From assembly GCA_963723635.1 (NCBI GenBank), contig CAVRRP010000017.1, forward strand, positions 11,356 to 75,355: a stretch of 64,000 nt of DNA, given 5' to 3'. The DNA is from Vulcanimicrobiota bacterium. Lineage in GTDB: Bacteria; Vulcanimicrobiota; Vulcanimicrobiia; Vulcanimicrobiales; Vulcanimicrobiaceae. This document shows, piece by piece, positions 48,407 to 58,600 of the stretch; the stretch's first letter is position 1; each line of letters opens with the position of its first letter. Position numbers and translations under genes: made by a program. Below the pieces are notes generated by a model. That model was given only the letters and a program-made list of their open reading frames with translations, did not search any database and was not told the DNA's origin.

Positions 48407-48690
48407 CGCTTCGCCTTCGTGCACCAGAAGGCGGCTTCGATCGCATAGCTGATTGATGCGCGGAGGCACACACAGGCGAAGTGCACGTCCGACTCGCGTG
48501 CCGGGTCGGCGACCTTGAAACGAAAGCCACCGGTTTCATCGACGCTTGCGTCTATGCCGTTGTCCCGGAGAAATCGTACGATGACGTCGGCGTTGAAGTC
48601 GGCGTCTTGCACCATGCCGCTCATGTTCTGGTGGTGTTCGTTCGTCACGTCGGCGATGGACGCGTGGAACTCGGTGGGCGGCGGCATCAT
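48403..48690 (-). CDS. Hypothetical protein coupled to the XRE gene
   Basis: 95-aa ORF with protein-like composition, ATGA overlap. Confidence 0.55.
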   Translation of the reverse strand: MMPPPTEFHASIADVTNEHHQNMSGMVQDADFNADVIVRFLRDNGIDASVDETGGFRFKVADPARESDVHFACVCLRASISYAIEAAFWCTKAKR

Positions 48691-49258
48691 GCCACCGCCC
48701 GGCGGCGGCGATGCAACGGACCGTGTTCGGCGACGGAAAAGCCGTGCCGAGGGCTCGACGCCAACGCGTCGAACTCGGTGCTGGTCATTCGATGTTTACT
48801 CCATCGGGTGACGGGCTCGGTCGGTGCTTCTACACCGGCCGGGCCGCTTAGTTTTTATTCGCGATGATTCGCGTGATGAATTATAGCACGAACATGCGTT
48901 CGCATCAACGTGTCAAAATGATTCTACATTGTCGTTTGAACGGAGCGGTGCGGCGTGATGTAGCAAACTTTTGTAGCGATGCGTGCGGCCGAGGTTCTCG
49001 ATGGTCGCGGCCGTGCCGGAGATCGTCGGACATGACTCGCGAGCTAGCGCCGGCGGTTCAGCCGGAAAACCAAGCGCGTGTAGACATGAAGCCCTCCAGG
49101 CGACGTTCGCCGGAGCATTCGTTCCCTAGCATCACGAGGTGGATCACAACCGACGCCGCTAGTGCGATCGACCAGGTCGCGCCGTGTTCGGTCCGCCGCC
49201 TGCATCGAACAGAGAACGCATGCGGCGCCGGAACGTCACGTACGGCGCACCTAGCACG

Positions 49259-49399
49259 ATGGTGAAAAAGCAATCACGCGGTCGCGCGCGTCGCGTGTCC
49301 GTCCTCGGCGAGCACGCCCGGCCCGGTCGTGGGCTCCGGCAACAGGTCGAGAGCATCCTGACCCAACTGCTCCGGCGCGGGGTCATTAAACCGGCATAG
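49259..49399 (+). CDS. Small basic hypothetical protein
   Basis: MVKKQSRG...QQVESILTQLLRRGVIKPA, convergent with the next small ORF. Confidence 0.3.
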   Translation: MVKKQSRGRARRVSVLGEHARPGRGLRQQVESILTQLLRRGVIKPA

Positions 49400-49408
49400 T
49401 ACTGCCGG

Positions 49409-49588
49409 CTAGGTCCCCTCGCGTCGCTCGAGCACCGCCCACGGATTGCGCGCCGCTTCAGCGATTGCGGAGTCCAGGGCCTCCTCTACGGTTTTCGTAC
49501 AGACGCATGGCGTCGAGTCGCCTTGACATCCATCCGCGCCGTGTCGCTCTAGGTTATGCTCGCAACAGCAAAAGACGAGGTACTTCAA
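49409..49588 (-). CDS. Small Cys/His-rich putative metal-binding protein
   Basis: VFCCCEHNLERHGADGC...PCVCTKT; AAGGGG upstream of TTG; shares motif with 35553-35744. Confidence 0.6.
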   Translation of the reverse strand: MKYLVFCCCEHNLERHGADGCQGDSTPCVCTKTVEEALDSAIAEAARNPWAVLERREGT

Positions 49589-50049
49589 ACTCTGCCCCTT
49601 GCGGGAACACAAACGAGCCTCTACTGTACGACAGAAGCGCACCGCGAGTCGGTACGGTCGCGGACGGTAGCGCGCTCTAATTCGGGCGGATCAGGGGGGG
49701 GGGCGAGCAATGCCAGGACGAGAGCGGCAGGCAGGCTGCGAGAAAGCTCAAGACAGCGCGCTTCTTCGCTTCGTACCTTAGGTGCGATCGTCTGCACCAG
49801 GAACGGTGCTGTGCGGAGAATCAGAGAACATCGGTCGATTCAGGGGGAAGGCGCGTCGAGGGAGACGGCCGCGTCCCCTCGCTTATACCCAGGGCTGAAA
49901 CAGAAGGGCACTCGCGATTTGCTCAGCGAGTGCCGTCCCTTGGGCCACACTATCATGCCTTCCAGCGCCGGCGTGCCGCAACCGTACGGTCCCGGGTCAA
50001 TCTTTACGTTCCAGCACACGCCGCCGGGAAGCGGGCCGCGCACCCGGCA

Positions 50050-50406
50050 TCAATCCGCTGGAGGCTCCCAAAGCTCGATCGCGTTGCTCTCGGGGTCATG
50101 GACCCGCGCAAAGCGGCCGGTTTCCGGCGCGTCCCAGCTCGGATCGGTCAGCACCTCGATGCCCGCGCGCCGCAAATCGGCGAGCAGCGTATCCAGATCA
50201 TCCACGCGCAAATTGATCATGAACTGCTTGTCCGCGGCGAAATGGTCGGTATCGGCGGCGAACGGCATGAACACCGTGGGCCCTGCCCGCTGCTGCCAGA
50301 CCGCCTCCTCGTAGCCGGTAATGCCGAAATGGGTGCGGTACCACGCCGCCAGCGCCTGCGGATCGCGCGCCCTGAAGAATAATCCGCCGATGCCGGTTAC
50401 TGCCAT
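50050..50406 (-). CDS. VOC/glyoxalase family protein
   Basis: VTGIGGLFFRARDP..LAAWY...MINLRVDDLD...DPESNAIELWEP; GGAGG RBS. Confidence 0.92.
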   Translation of the reverse strand: MAVTGIGGLFFRARDPQALAAWYRTHFGITGYEEAVWQQRAGPTVFMPFAADTDHFAADKQFMINLRVDDLDTLLADLRRAGIEVLTDPSWDAPETGRFARVHDPESNAIELWEPPAD

Positions 50407-50649
50407 GGTCCGTTACCTCCAGGAATCATATGTAGCAGGTTTGCGTGCTGGCCATTGGCGCGACGTGTAGACACTACGCGCATCGTTGACAGGACTTGAC
50501 CCGGAGAGGTGGGTGTTCGAAAGCTCAACTCTCCGGAGGTCAGCCCTCTGTGATGATGCACCTCAGGCGCGTACCACGCCTCTTATCCGGCGTGAAATCA
50601 TCCGCCTCGCGCCAATGCGGCGAAACGATCTTCGGCTATAATGGGCTTG

Positions 50650-50964
50650 ATGGCCGATGCGCAGTCCCACGACGCAAAGCTTGTCTTCAGGAAATTGTTT
50701 CCGCGAGTTCGCGAAGTCCTGATGCGTGACTGGGACCCGATCGGTATCGCGCACATGAACGACGCGCCTGAGGATGAGTATGACGAATACGCGCGGAGGC
50801 TGTGCGGCGTCCTTTTCAATCCGGGCTTGAGCGAGGACGGTATCCGGGACTACCTGACGCAGGTCACTGAAAAACACATGGGACTGCCGGCGGACGGCGA
50901 CGCGATCGAACGTACCGCACGGGCCGTTGCCGGCCTGAGAAAAGAGTTCTTCGGCAAACCCTGA
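50650..50964 (+). CDS. Small helical hypothetical protein (WDPIG...DEYD motif)
   Basis: VREVLMRDWDPIGI...PEDEYDEYA; TATAAT-N7-ATG. Confidence 0.7.
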   Translation: MADAQSHDAKLVFRKLFPRVREVLMRDWDPIGIAHMNDAPEDEYDEYARRLCGVLFNPGLSEDGIRDYLTQVTEKHMGLPADGDAIERTARAVAGLRKEFFGKP

Positions 50965-50987
50965 GTCGTGCATCGCTGGTTCGCGCG

Positions 50988-51997
50988 CTACGGTGCGCCG
51001 AATGTGCGGTTGAAGAACGCGATCATGCGGTCGCGCGCGTCGGCGCCGCCGCGGCCGTTCGCGTCCGGCGTGCCGCCCAGCACGATGGTGGCGGGGCCGG
51101 CCGCATACGATCGCGGCGCCGGCTTGCCGGAGAACGGCAGCGCGTGGCCCGCACCCGGTTCGACCATCGTTTCGTCCTTCGCGTCGCGACCCGCGGCGTG
51201 GCGGCGGTCGTGGACGATGCGCATGCGGCCGCGCTGTCCCATTCGAGATCATCGCCGCCGGCGATGCACAGCACCGGGCCGGTGATCTTCTCGATGGGGA
51301 TCGCCGCGCGCTCGCGCACGTCCGGCGACGCAGCGGCATACGACGCGTTGAACGTGTCGCGGAACGACACCGTGCCGCCGGAGGTGAAGGCGCGCCCGAC
51401 CGCCATGTCGGCCACATGATCGGACGGAATGTATGCCACCGGCGCACCGGCTGCGCTCCATGACGACGTCTCGGGATTTCCGTCGAACGCAAGGTCGAAC
51501 CACACGTACGCGCTGGGCACCATCGCGACCGTCGCGCGAATGCGCGGCTCGCGGGATGCGGCCAGCAGCGCGAGCTCGCCGCCTTTCGACGTTCCGAGCA
51601 GACCGATACGCGCGCGATCGACCTCCGGCCGGGCAACGAGCCAGTCGATGCCGCGCGATACCGTCTCCACCGGAATCGCGCGCAGCTTGCTCGGCAACGG
51701 ATCGATGCCGAAGTACGCGAGCGCGAGCGCTGCGTAGCCGTGCTCGGCGAGCAGGCGCGCCTGATCGTCGTGCAGGCCGCCTTCGCTGCCGCCGAGCACG
51801 ACGATCGTCGAATGGCGCTTGCCGTCCGCGGGAGCGAAGAACGTTCCGACGAGCGAACCGTTCGCGACCGGAACGCGGACGAGATCGGCCGCGCGGGCGG
51901 CGACGCCCCCGAACAGCAGAATCGCTGCCGTGGCGGCGCTCGCGACCGCGGCGGCGGCGAGGCGGCGTATGGAGCTGGCGGGGTTGTGCGTGATCAT
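50988..51997 (-). CDS. BAAT/acyl-CoA thioester hydrolase-like alpha/beta hydrolase (frameshift near 51225)
   Basis: LGGSEGG, GTSKGGE nucleophile, GGDD; catalytic GAGH and GGT..AN continue in a shifted frame. Confidence 0.85.
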
Positions 51998-52142
51998 GCG
52001 CCCATGGTCGCGCGCCCAGCCCGGCCGAACAACTGCGGTCGATCACCCGCCGTGGATGACGAACGTCAGCCGCGTTTGCAACAGCAGAGCGACGCCTCGG
52101 CAAGCGAGGGTTCCACCGGCGGGTCGACAAGCGGAGTCCTGC

Positions 52143-52928
52143 ATGCTGATCGTGCTGAAGTACGGCGGGAACGCGATGGCCGCCGAGGGCAGCGAGGACC
52201 CGACGCTCGACGAGGTCGCCACGCTGGCCGCGCGCGGCGACCGCATCGTGCTCGTCCACGGCGGCGGTCCGCAGATCGACGCCGAGCTCGACGCGAAGGC
52301 GATCGACGAGATCCGCGTCCAAGGCCTGCGCGTGACCGGCCGCGAGACGCGCGACGTGGTCGAGTACGTCCTCTGCGGCACCGTGAACAAAGCGCTGGTG
52401 CGGGCGCTTTCCGCGCGCCGCACGCGCGCCGTCGGCATCTCCGGCCAGGACGGCGGCCTGCTCGGGGCGCGCCGTGCGGGCTCCGTCAACGGCGTCGATC
52501 TCGGCTACGTCGGCGAGATCGCCGGCGTCGATCCGTCGCCCGCGCGCGCGCTCCTCGAGGCCGGCTTCGTGGTCGTCGTGGCGCCGCTCGCGATCGACGT
52601 CGGCGGCGGCGGCGCGCTGAACTGCAACGCCGACACCGCCGCGGGCGCGCTCGCGGGCGCACTCCGGGCCGACGCGTACGTCGTCATCACCAACGTGCCC
52701 GGCGTGCGGCGCGACCCGAACGATCCCGACTCGGTGATCGCGCGGCTGACCGTCGCGCAAGCCGAAGGCTACCTCGCCGACGGCACCTTCACCGAAGGAA
52801 TGATCCCGAAAATGCGCGCGGCGATCGGGGCCGTGCGCACCGGCGCGAAGCGCGCGGTGGTCGCGGGCGCTGGGTACGGCGCGATCGACGCGGCGTTGCG
52901 CGGGCTGGGTACGGAACTCACGGCGTAG
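52143..52928 (+). CDS. argB: Acetylglutamate kinase
   Basis: VLKYGGNAM, VHGGGPQI, GLRVT, NCNADTAA, GMIPK. Confidence 0.95.
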   Translation: MLIVLKYGGNAMAAEGSEDPTLDEVATLAARGDRIVLVHGGGPQIDAELDAKAIDEIRVQGLRVTGRETRDVVEYVLCGTVNKALVRALSARRTRAVGISGQDGGLLGARRAGSVNGVDLGYVGEIAGVDPSPARALLEAGFVVVVAPLAIDVGGGGALNCNADTAAGALAGALRADAYVVITNVPGVRRDPNDPDSVIARLTVAQAEGYLADGTFTEGMIPKMRAAIGAVRTGAKRAVVAGAGYGAIDAALRGLGTELTA

Positions 52929-53034
52929 GACAAAAGTCGCTATGTGACCCCGGACCTGTCTGCTACGCTCTCGGAGCCGATGTGCGCGACGGGTATTGCC
53001 GCCGCGGCTTCGCGCGTCCAACAGCGAGGTCCAG

Positions 53035-53328
53035 GTGCAGCGTCCGCACGTCGTTTCATTCAGCGGCGAGCTTGATATTTGGAAGGAAAGCGACGTCGAG
53101 GCGAAGCTCGCCGCGGTCGACGGCAGCTGCGCCGCGGTGATCGACCTGTCCGCCGTGCGGTACCTCGACAGCGCGTTCCTCAGCGCGCTCGTCCGGCTGC
53201 GCCGGCGCCTGCCGAACTGCTCGATCACCGTCGTCGCCGTGAGCCCGTCCGTGCGCCGCATCTTCGATCTCACCGAGATGCACCGGCTCTTCGACATCGT
53301 GCAAACCCCGCCCGGGCTGCCGGGCTGA
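53035..53328 (+). CDS. STAS-domain anti-sigma factor antagonist
   Basis: SGELDI...VIDLSAVRYLDSAFLSALV...VRRIFDLT. Confidence 0.85.
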   Translation: MQRPHVVSFSGELDIWKESDVEAKLAAVDGSCAAVIDLSAVRYLDSAFLSALVRLRRRLPNCSITVVAVSPSVRRIFDLTEMHRLFDIVQTPPGLPG

Positions 53329-53444
53329 GAGAGTACCTTCACCCCACGGGACCCCGCTCCAGAACCGGTACGAACGTACCGATGAAGCAACGGTGACCGG
53401 TTTCTGAACCGGTCGATTTCACCGTTGAAAGAGCAGGTCCGTAC

Positions 53445-53636
53445 GTGAATCTCGTCAGCCTCATCGTCTCGGCGCTTCTCGCGCTGGGAGCCGTAGCGAA
53501 CGCCGGCAGCATCCCGAAACCGTCAGCCGGCGCCTTCGCCGAGGTGGTCGCTGGGGAACATCCGACGCCGGCGCCGACTCCCACGCCGCCGCCTGCCCCG
53601 TACGACGTGGTCGGCGGCGGGGGCGGCCCGACGTAG
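53445..53636 (+). CDS. Small exported peptide precursor (63 aa)
   Basis: Signal peptide MNLVSLIVSALLALGAVANA, Pro/Thr spacer, C-terminal YDVVGGGGGPT; AGGT upstream of GTG. Confidence 0.7.
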   Translation: MNLVSLIVSALLALGAVANAGSIPKPSAGAFAEVVAGEHPTPAPTPTPPPAPYDVVGGGGGPT

Positions 53637-53723
53637 TGCCGGAATGAGAGGCGCCATGGCGAAGGTGGCCTCGAAGCACGGGAGGGACGTCTTCGGGCGT
53701 CCTCCGCCTGCATTGGGTGTGAT

Positions 53724-55289
53724 GTGATTTCCGAACGAGCACGTGACGTACGCCCGGTCGGCCGGGCGACGTTCTCCGAAGCGATGCGCGCCTGGTTCAC
53801 GGGCGATTTCGAAGGCTGTCTCGCGCTGTGCGATCGCGTGCGCCCGCACGACGTCGACATGGTGTCGCAGCTAGCGCTGCTGCGCGCGCGCGCGCTGCTG
53901 CGCATCGACCGCCCCGACGACGCGATCAAGGTGGTCAGCGACGTGTTCGTCGCGCACGGCACGCTCGACGCGTCGCTCACCGCGCGGATGCTGCTGGGCA
54001 CCGCGTACGTGCGGCGCGGCGACTACGAGCGCGGGCTCGCCATCCTCGAAGAGGCGCAGCGCGCGTCGCCCGACGCGCACCCGACGATTCGGTCCGAGAT
54101 CGCGCTGAGCATCGCGCTGGGCTACTACCGCCTGCGCCGGCTCGAGGACGCGGAGCGCGCGCTGGACCTCGTGTCTCCCAACGCGGACATCGTGCACGCG
54201 CGCGCGCTGGAGCACCGCGGCTGGATCGCAATCGCGCGCGCCGACTTCGCGACCGCCACGGAAAACTTCTGCGGTGCGATCCGCCGCCTCGACGGCTGTC
54301 GCCACTACGACCGTTTTCTGGAAGGCCAGAGCATCTTCGCGCTCTCGATCCTCGCCTCGGAGCGGCTCGACCGCACGACGTGGATGTTCGTCGAGCACCG
54401 CGCCGAGCGCTTCGACTGGAGCGCGAGCGGCCTCACCACGACGCAGTTCTGGGTCGGCATCTACAGCTCGATGATGTACGAGGCCGACGGCCGCATCGCC
54501 GACGCGCTGCGCCTCGCCGGCGACGCGGAGCAGCTCGCGAAATCACCGGTCTTGCGGATGTTCGCGCAATGCCGGCGTGCCGCGATCCTGCGCAACGCCG
54601 GCGAGCGGTTCGCCCACGCCGAGATCGTGCGCGTGATGCGCCGCGAGCTCGACACGCTCGATCTCACGGCGCTGCAGGGCGATCATCAGCTCATTCCGCT
54701 GTCGGTCGCCGAAGAAGTCGCCTATTGCGGCGACGTCGTCGGTGCGCGCATGCTGCTCAAGCGCTACGACGCGCAAGAATCGCCGTCCGGAATCACGTCG
54801 CTGGTGGACGATCCGCGGCTCAAAGCGGCGCGCTCCTTCGTCGACGCGGTCGTCGCCGACGCTGCCGGCGACCGGCAGCAAGCGCACCATCACTATCGCC
54901 AGGCGTTTCAGATCTTCAAGCGCGTCGGCTACGAGCGGCGCGCGCTGCTCGCGGCGCTGCGCATCGGTGAGATCACGGGCCAGACGTACCTGCTCGACTA
55001 CGTCGACCGCACGCTGCGCAAGATCTCCGACCGCTCGCCCCTGCTCCAGCGCGCGCGGCGGCACAATCCGCTCCTCACCGATCCGGTCGTCGCGAAGCTG
55101 TCGCACGTCGAGCGCACGGTGCTCGAGATGATGTGCGAGGGAAAGTCGACCGCGCAGATCGCGGACCTGCGCGGCCGGTCCACGCAGACGATTCGAAACA
55201 CCGTCTCGCGGATTCTCGCGGCGTTCGCGGTCGCCGACCGGTCCTCGCTGCTGCGCGAGTGCCTGCGGCGGGGCATCATCGCGGGCTGA
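53724..55289 (+). CDS. TPR-repeat protein with C-terminal LuxR-type HTH
   Basis: Helical TPR-like repeats (LLGTAYVRRGDYERGLAILEEA); LSHVERTVLEMMCEGKSTAQIADLRGRSTQTIRNTVSRIL; no P-loop or receiver domain. Confidence 0.85.
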   Translation: MISERARDVRPVGRATFSEAMRAWFTGDFEGCLALCDRVRPHDVDMVSQLALLRARALLRIDRPDDAIKVVSDVFVAHGTLDASLTARMLLGTAYVRRGDYERGLAILEEAQRASPDAHPTIRSEIALSIALGYYRLRRLEDAERALDLVSPNADIVHARALEHRGWIAIARADFATATENFCGAIRRLDGCRHYDRFLEGQSIFALSILASERLDRTTWMFVEHRAERFDWSASGLTTTQFWVGIYSSMMYEADGRIADALRLAGDAEQLAKSPVLRMFAQCRRAAILRNAGERFAHAEIVRVMRRELDTLDLTALQGDHQLIPLSVAEEVAYCGDVVGARMLLKRYDAQESPSGITSLVDDPRLKAARSFVDAVVADAAGDRQQAHHHYRQAFQIFKRVGYERRALLAALRIGEITGQTYLLDYVDRTLRKISDRSPLLQRARRHNPLLTDPVVAKLSHVERTVLEMMCEGKSTAQIADLRGRSTQTIRNTVSRILAAFAVADRSSLLRECLRRGIIAG

Positions 55290-55328
55290 CGCACCGCGGT
55301 ACGGCCGGGTGCTGCGCGCGGTGCCTGC

Positions 55329-55571
55329 TCAAGATGCGACGGCGCGCCGCGGGCTGCTGTGGCCGACGCACGCGACGTACAGGTATGATTCGGGGTCTTC
55401 GCGCGCGAACGACGCGCAGCCGCACCGCCAGGACCAGCCGCGGTGCAGCTTGCGCGGGGGGCGCAGCGAACTGCCCTCGGTCGCGACGAACTCGGCGCGT
55501 TCGCGCACGGGCGCGCCGAGCAGCGCGACGAGCTGGTGATACGTGACCGCTGGGCTCTTGGGGCGAGGCAT
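55329..55571 (-). CDS. Small hypothetical protein with CGC...CxxH motif
   Basis: WSWRCGC...YVACVGH; fills the gap between convergent genes. Confidence 0.5.
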   Translation of the reverse strand: MPRPKSPAVTYHQLVALLGAPVRERAEFVATEGSSLRPPRKLHRGWSWRCGCASFAREDPESYLYVACVGHSSPRRAVAS

Positions 55572-55686
55572 CGTCGACAAGAACGGACGCCGCGACATCC
55601 TGGACGGGTTCCCGTTTGCTGCAAACTGACTGGTTTCGAACATTGTCGTCCGGAGCGAGCGGTCGACGTCTCTGAACGATTTCTCG

Positions 55687-58600
55687 CTATTCGTGCGCTC
55701 CGCCGCGCCGCGCGTGCTCGTCCGCGTTGGGGTCGGGCTTCACTTTGGGCGGCAGCGCGTTGAGATCGATCGGGGTGGCGCCGGCGGCGCGCAGCGCTTC
55801 GTTCAACGGCCGCACCTGCCGGTCGACGAACGTTCGGTAGCCCGCTAACCCTGCGGAGCCTTCGCGCTGCAGCGCGTTGCCTTCGGCGAATTGGGCGGCG
55901 GTCGGCGTACCGGGCGACAAGTCGGAGATGAACGTGAGCACGCGCTCGCGCAGCAAGTCTTCCAAGAAGTCGTCGTCCTGGTCGTTGACCGGCTGCGAGC
56001 TGATCGTGCGCTCGACGCGCGCGTTCTCCGCGAGCACGGCGCGCGCGCGGTCCGCGAGCGCCGCGTCTTTCAGCCCGGCGATGCGGTCGCTCAACTGCAC
56101 GCGCACGTTGTCCAGCGCGTTGAGCGCGCCGTCGAGCGACGACAGCTCGGCGTACATCGCGGTCTGGAAACGGTACCCGCGCAGCTCGTCCGGCGCGGAC
56201 GCGACGCGCCGGTCGCGCAGCACGACGATCGTTTGCGCGTACGTCTTGCCGTCGCGCAGCAGCCGCACGGTATACCTTCCGCTGAGCACGGGCGCGCCGG
56301 TGTCGGGGCCGCGGTCCCACGGCGCGATGCGGCGCCACGGCACCGGCGGGTCTTCGTCGAGGCTCCACGCGACGCGGTTGTAGCCGGCGAGGTTGGTGAC
56401 GTTGGGGACGTCCTCGCCGGCCTCTTCGTGCGTGCCTTCGATCCGGCGCACCACCCGGCCGCGCGCGTCGGCGATCTGCAGCGACGGCGGCGTCTTCGCG
56501 GGCGCGGCCTGCCAGAACGTGAACACCGCCGGCGCCGCGTCCTCACCGGCCGGCTGCGTGACGACCGTCGGCGTGTAGCGCTGCAGCGGCAGCGCCGCGC
56601 GCGGCGCGAACAGGCGCGCCTCGGCGCCGGACGCGGTCGCGCGTTCGCGGAGCGCGGTGAGGTCGTCGAACACGTACATCCCGCGCCCGTGCGTCGCGGC
56701 GATCAAATCGCCGGCGACGGGATGCACGGCGAGATCGCGCACCTCGACGGGCGGCAGCGGCGCGGGGAACGGCTGCCACGACGCGCCTGCGTCGGCGCTC
56801 CACCACACGCCCTTGCCGGTGCCGGCGTACAGCAGCCGCGGGTTGCGCGGGTCTTCGCGCACGACGTGCACCTCGCTCTGCGGCAAGCCGCTCGCGATCG
56901 CGCGCCACGTGGCGCCGAAGTCGTTCGTGACGTACACGTACGGCGTGCGGTCGCCGACGTAATGACGGTCCACCACCGCGTACGCCGTGCCCGCGCTGCG
57001 GTGCGACGGCTCGATGGTCGGAATGCGCCCGTCCGCATCGACGCCGGGGATCGAGACGTTGCGCCAGTGCGCGCCGCCGTCGCGCGTGAGCTGCACGACG
57101 CCGTCGTCCGTCGAGATCCAGAGCGTCTTCGCCGCGACGGTGGACGGCGCGATCGCGAGGATCGTGTCGAACGTCTCGGCACCGGTGACGTCGAGCGTGA
57201 GCGGACCGCCCGACAGACCTTGCCGTTCTTTCAGATTGCGGGTGAGGTCGGGGCTGATCGCCTTCCAGTGCATGCCGTCGTCGGTCGAGCGGAACAGCAC
57301 GTTGCCGCCGACGTACACCGCACGCGGGTCGAACGGGTCGAACGCGATCGGCGTCTCCCAGTTGAAGCGGTACGCGAGCCGCGTCGGCGCGACGACGTTC
57401 TGGTCGCGCAGGTACGGCGACACGTCGAACTGCGACGCGGTGCGCCGGTCGAAGCGCGCGACGTCGCCCTCGTTGTCGCCGCCGCCCGCCGCCGACCAGA
57501 TCGTCAGCGGGTCGCGGGGATTTGGCACGACCCACGTGCCGTCGCCGCCCTGCACCTTGAACCAGTCGTGCTGCAAGATGCCGCGTTCGTCGCCGGTGCG
57601 CACCGGCGCGCACCACGAGCCGTTGTCCTGCAAGCCGCCGCACACGTGGTAGGGCGTCTGCAGATCGTACGCGACGTGATAGAACTGTGACACGGGCAGC
57701 ACGTTGCGCCATTCCCACGTCGCGCCGTTGTCGTGCGACATCCCGACGCCGCCGTCGTTCGCCTCGGCGATCGTGCGGCCGTTCGCGGCGATCCACAGAT
57801 CGTGGTGATCGCCGTGCAGCCCTTTGCCGCTGACGTGCCACGTCTTGCCGCCGGTGCGGCTCTCCGCGAGCTTCACGGACACCGAGAACAGATGATCTTC
57901 GTCGTGCGGGTCGACGACCAGGCGCGAGTAGTAGAACGGCCGCTCGTCGATGAGCGTGTTCGCCGACGTCAGCTTCCACGTCGCGCCCGCGTCGTCTGAG
58001 CGCCACAGCAGCCCGTCGTTCGACTCGACGATCGCGTAGATGCGCTTGGAATCGCTGGGCGCGATCGCGAGCGCGATGCGCCCCGTCATGCCGGCGGGCA
58101 ATCCGTTGCCGGCGACGCGCTTCCACGTGACGCCGCCGTCGACCGACTTGTAGATGCCGTCGTCCGCGCCGCCGCTCGTCAGATTCCACGACGACCGCCG
58201 AAAGCGCCACAATCCCGCGTACAGCACGTCGGGGCTCTTCGGATCCATCGCGAGATCCGACGCGCCCACCGCCGGGCCGGCGTACAGCGTCTTCGTCCAC
58301 GTCTTGCCGCCGTCGGTGCTGCGGAAGATCCCGCGCTCGGTGCTGTCGCGAAACGGATCGCCGAGCGCCGCGACGACGACGCGCTTGGGATCGCGCGGGT
58401 CGAGCAGCACGCGCGCGATCTGCGAGGTCTGCGCAAGCCCGAGGTGCGCCCACGTCTTGCCGCCGTCGGTGGAGTGATAGATCCCGTCGCCCGGGATCAC
58501 GTCGTTGCGCGGCCACGGCTCGCCCGTGCCGACCCAGACGTCGTTCGCATCGTGCGCCGAGATCGCGATCGCGCCGATCGACTGCGTTCCCGCCGTGTCG

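Noticed and set aside
49694-49703. G10 homopolymer as a phase-variation tract
   Set aside because: Not within a supported gene or a recognisable promoter, and lies in a region with suspected indel errors.
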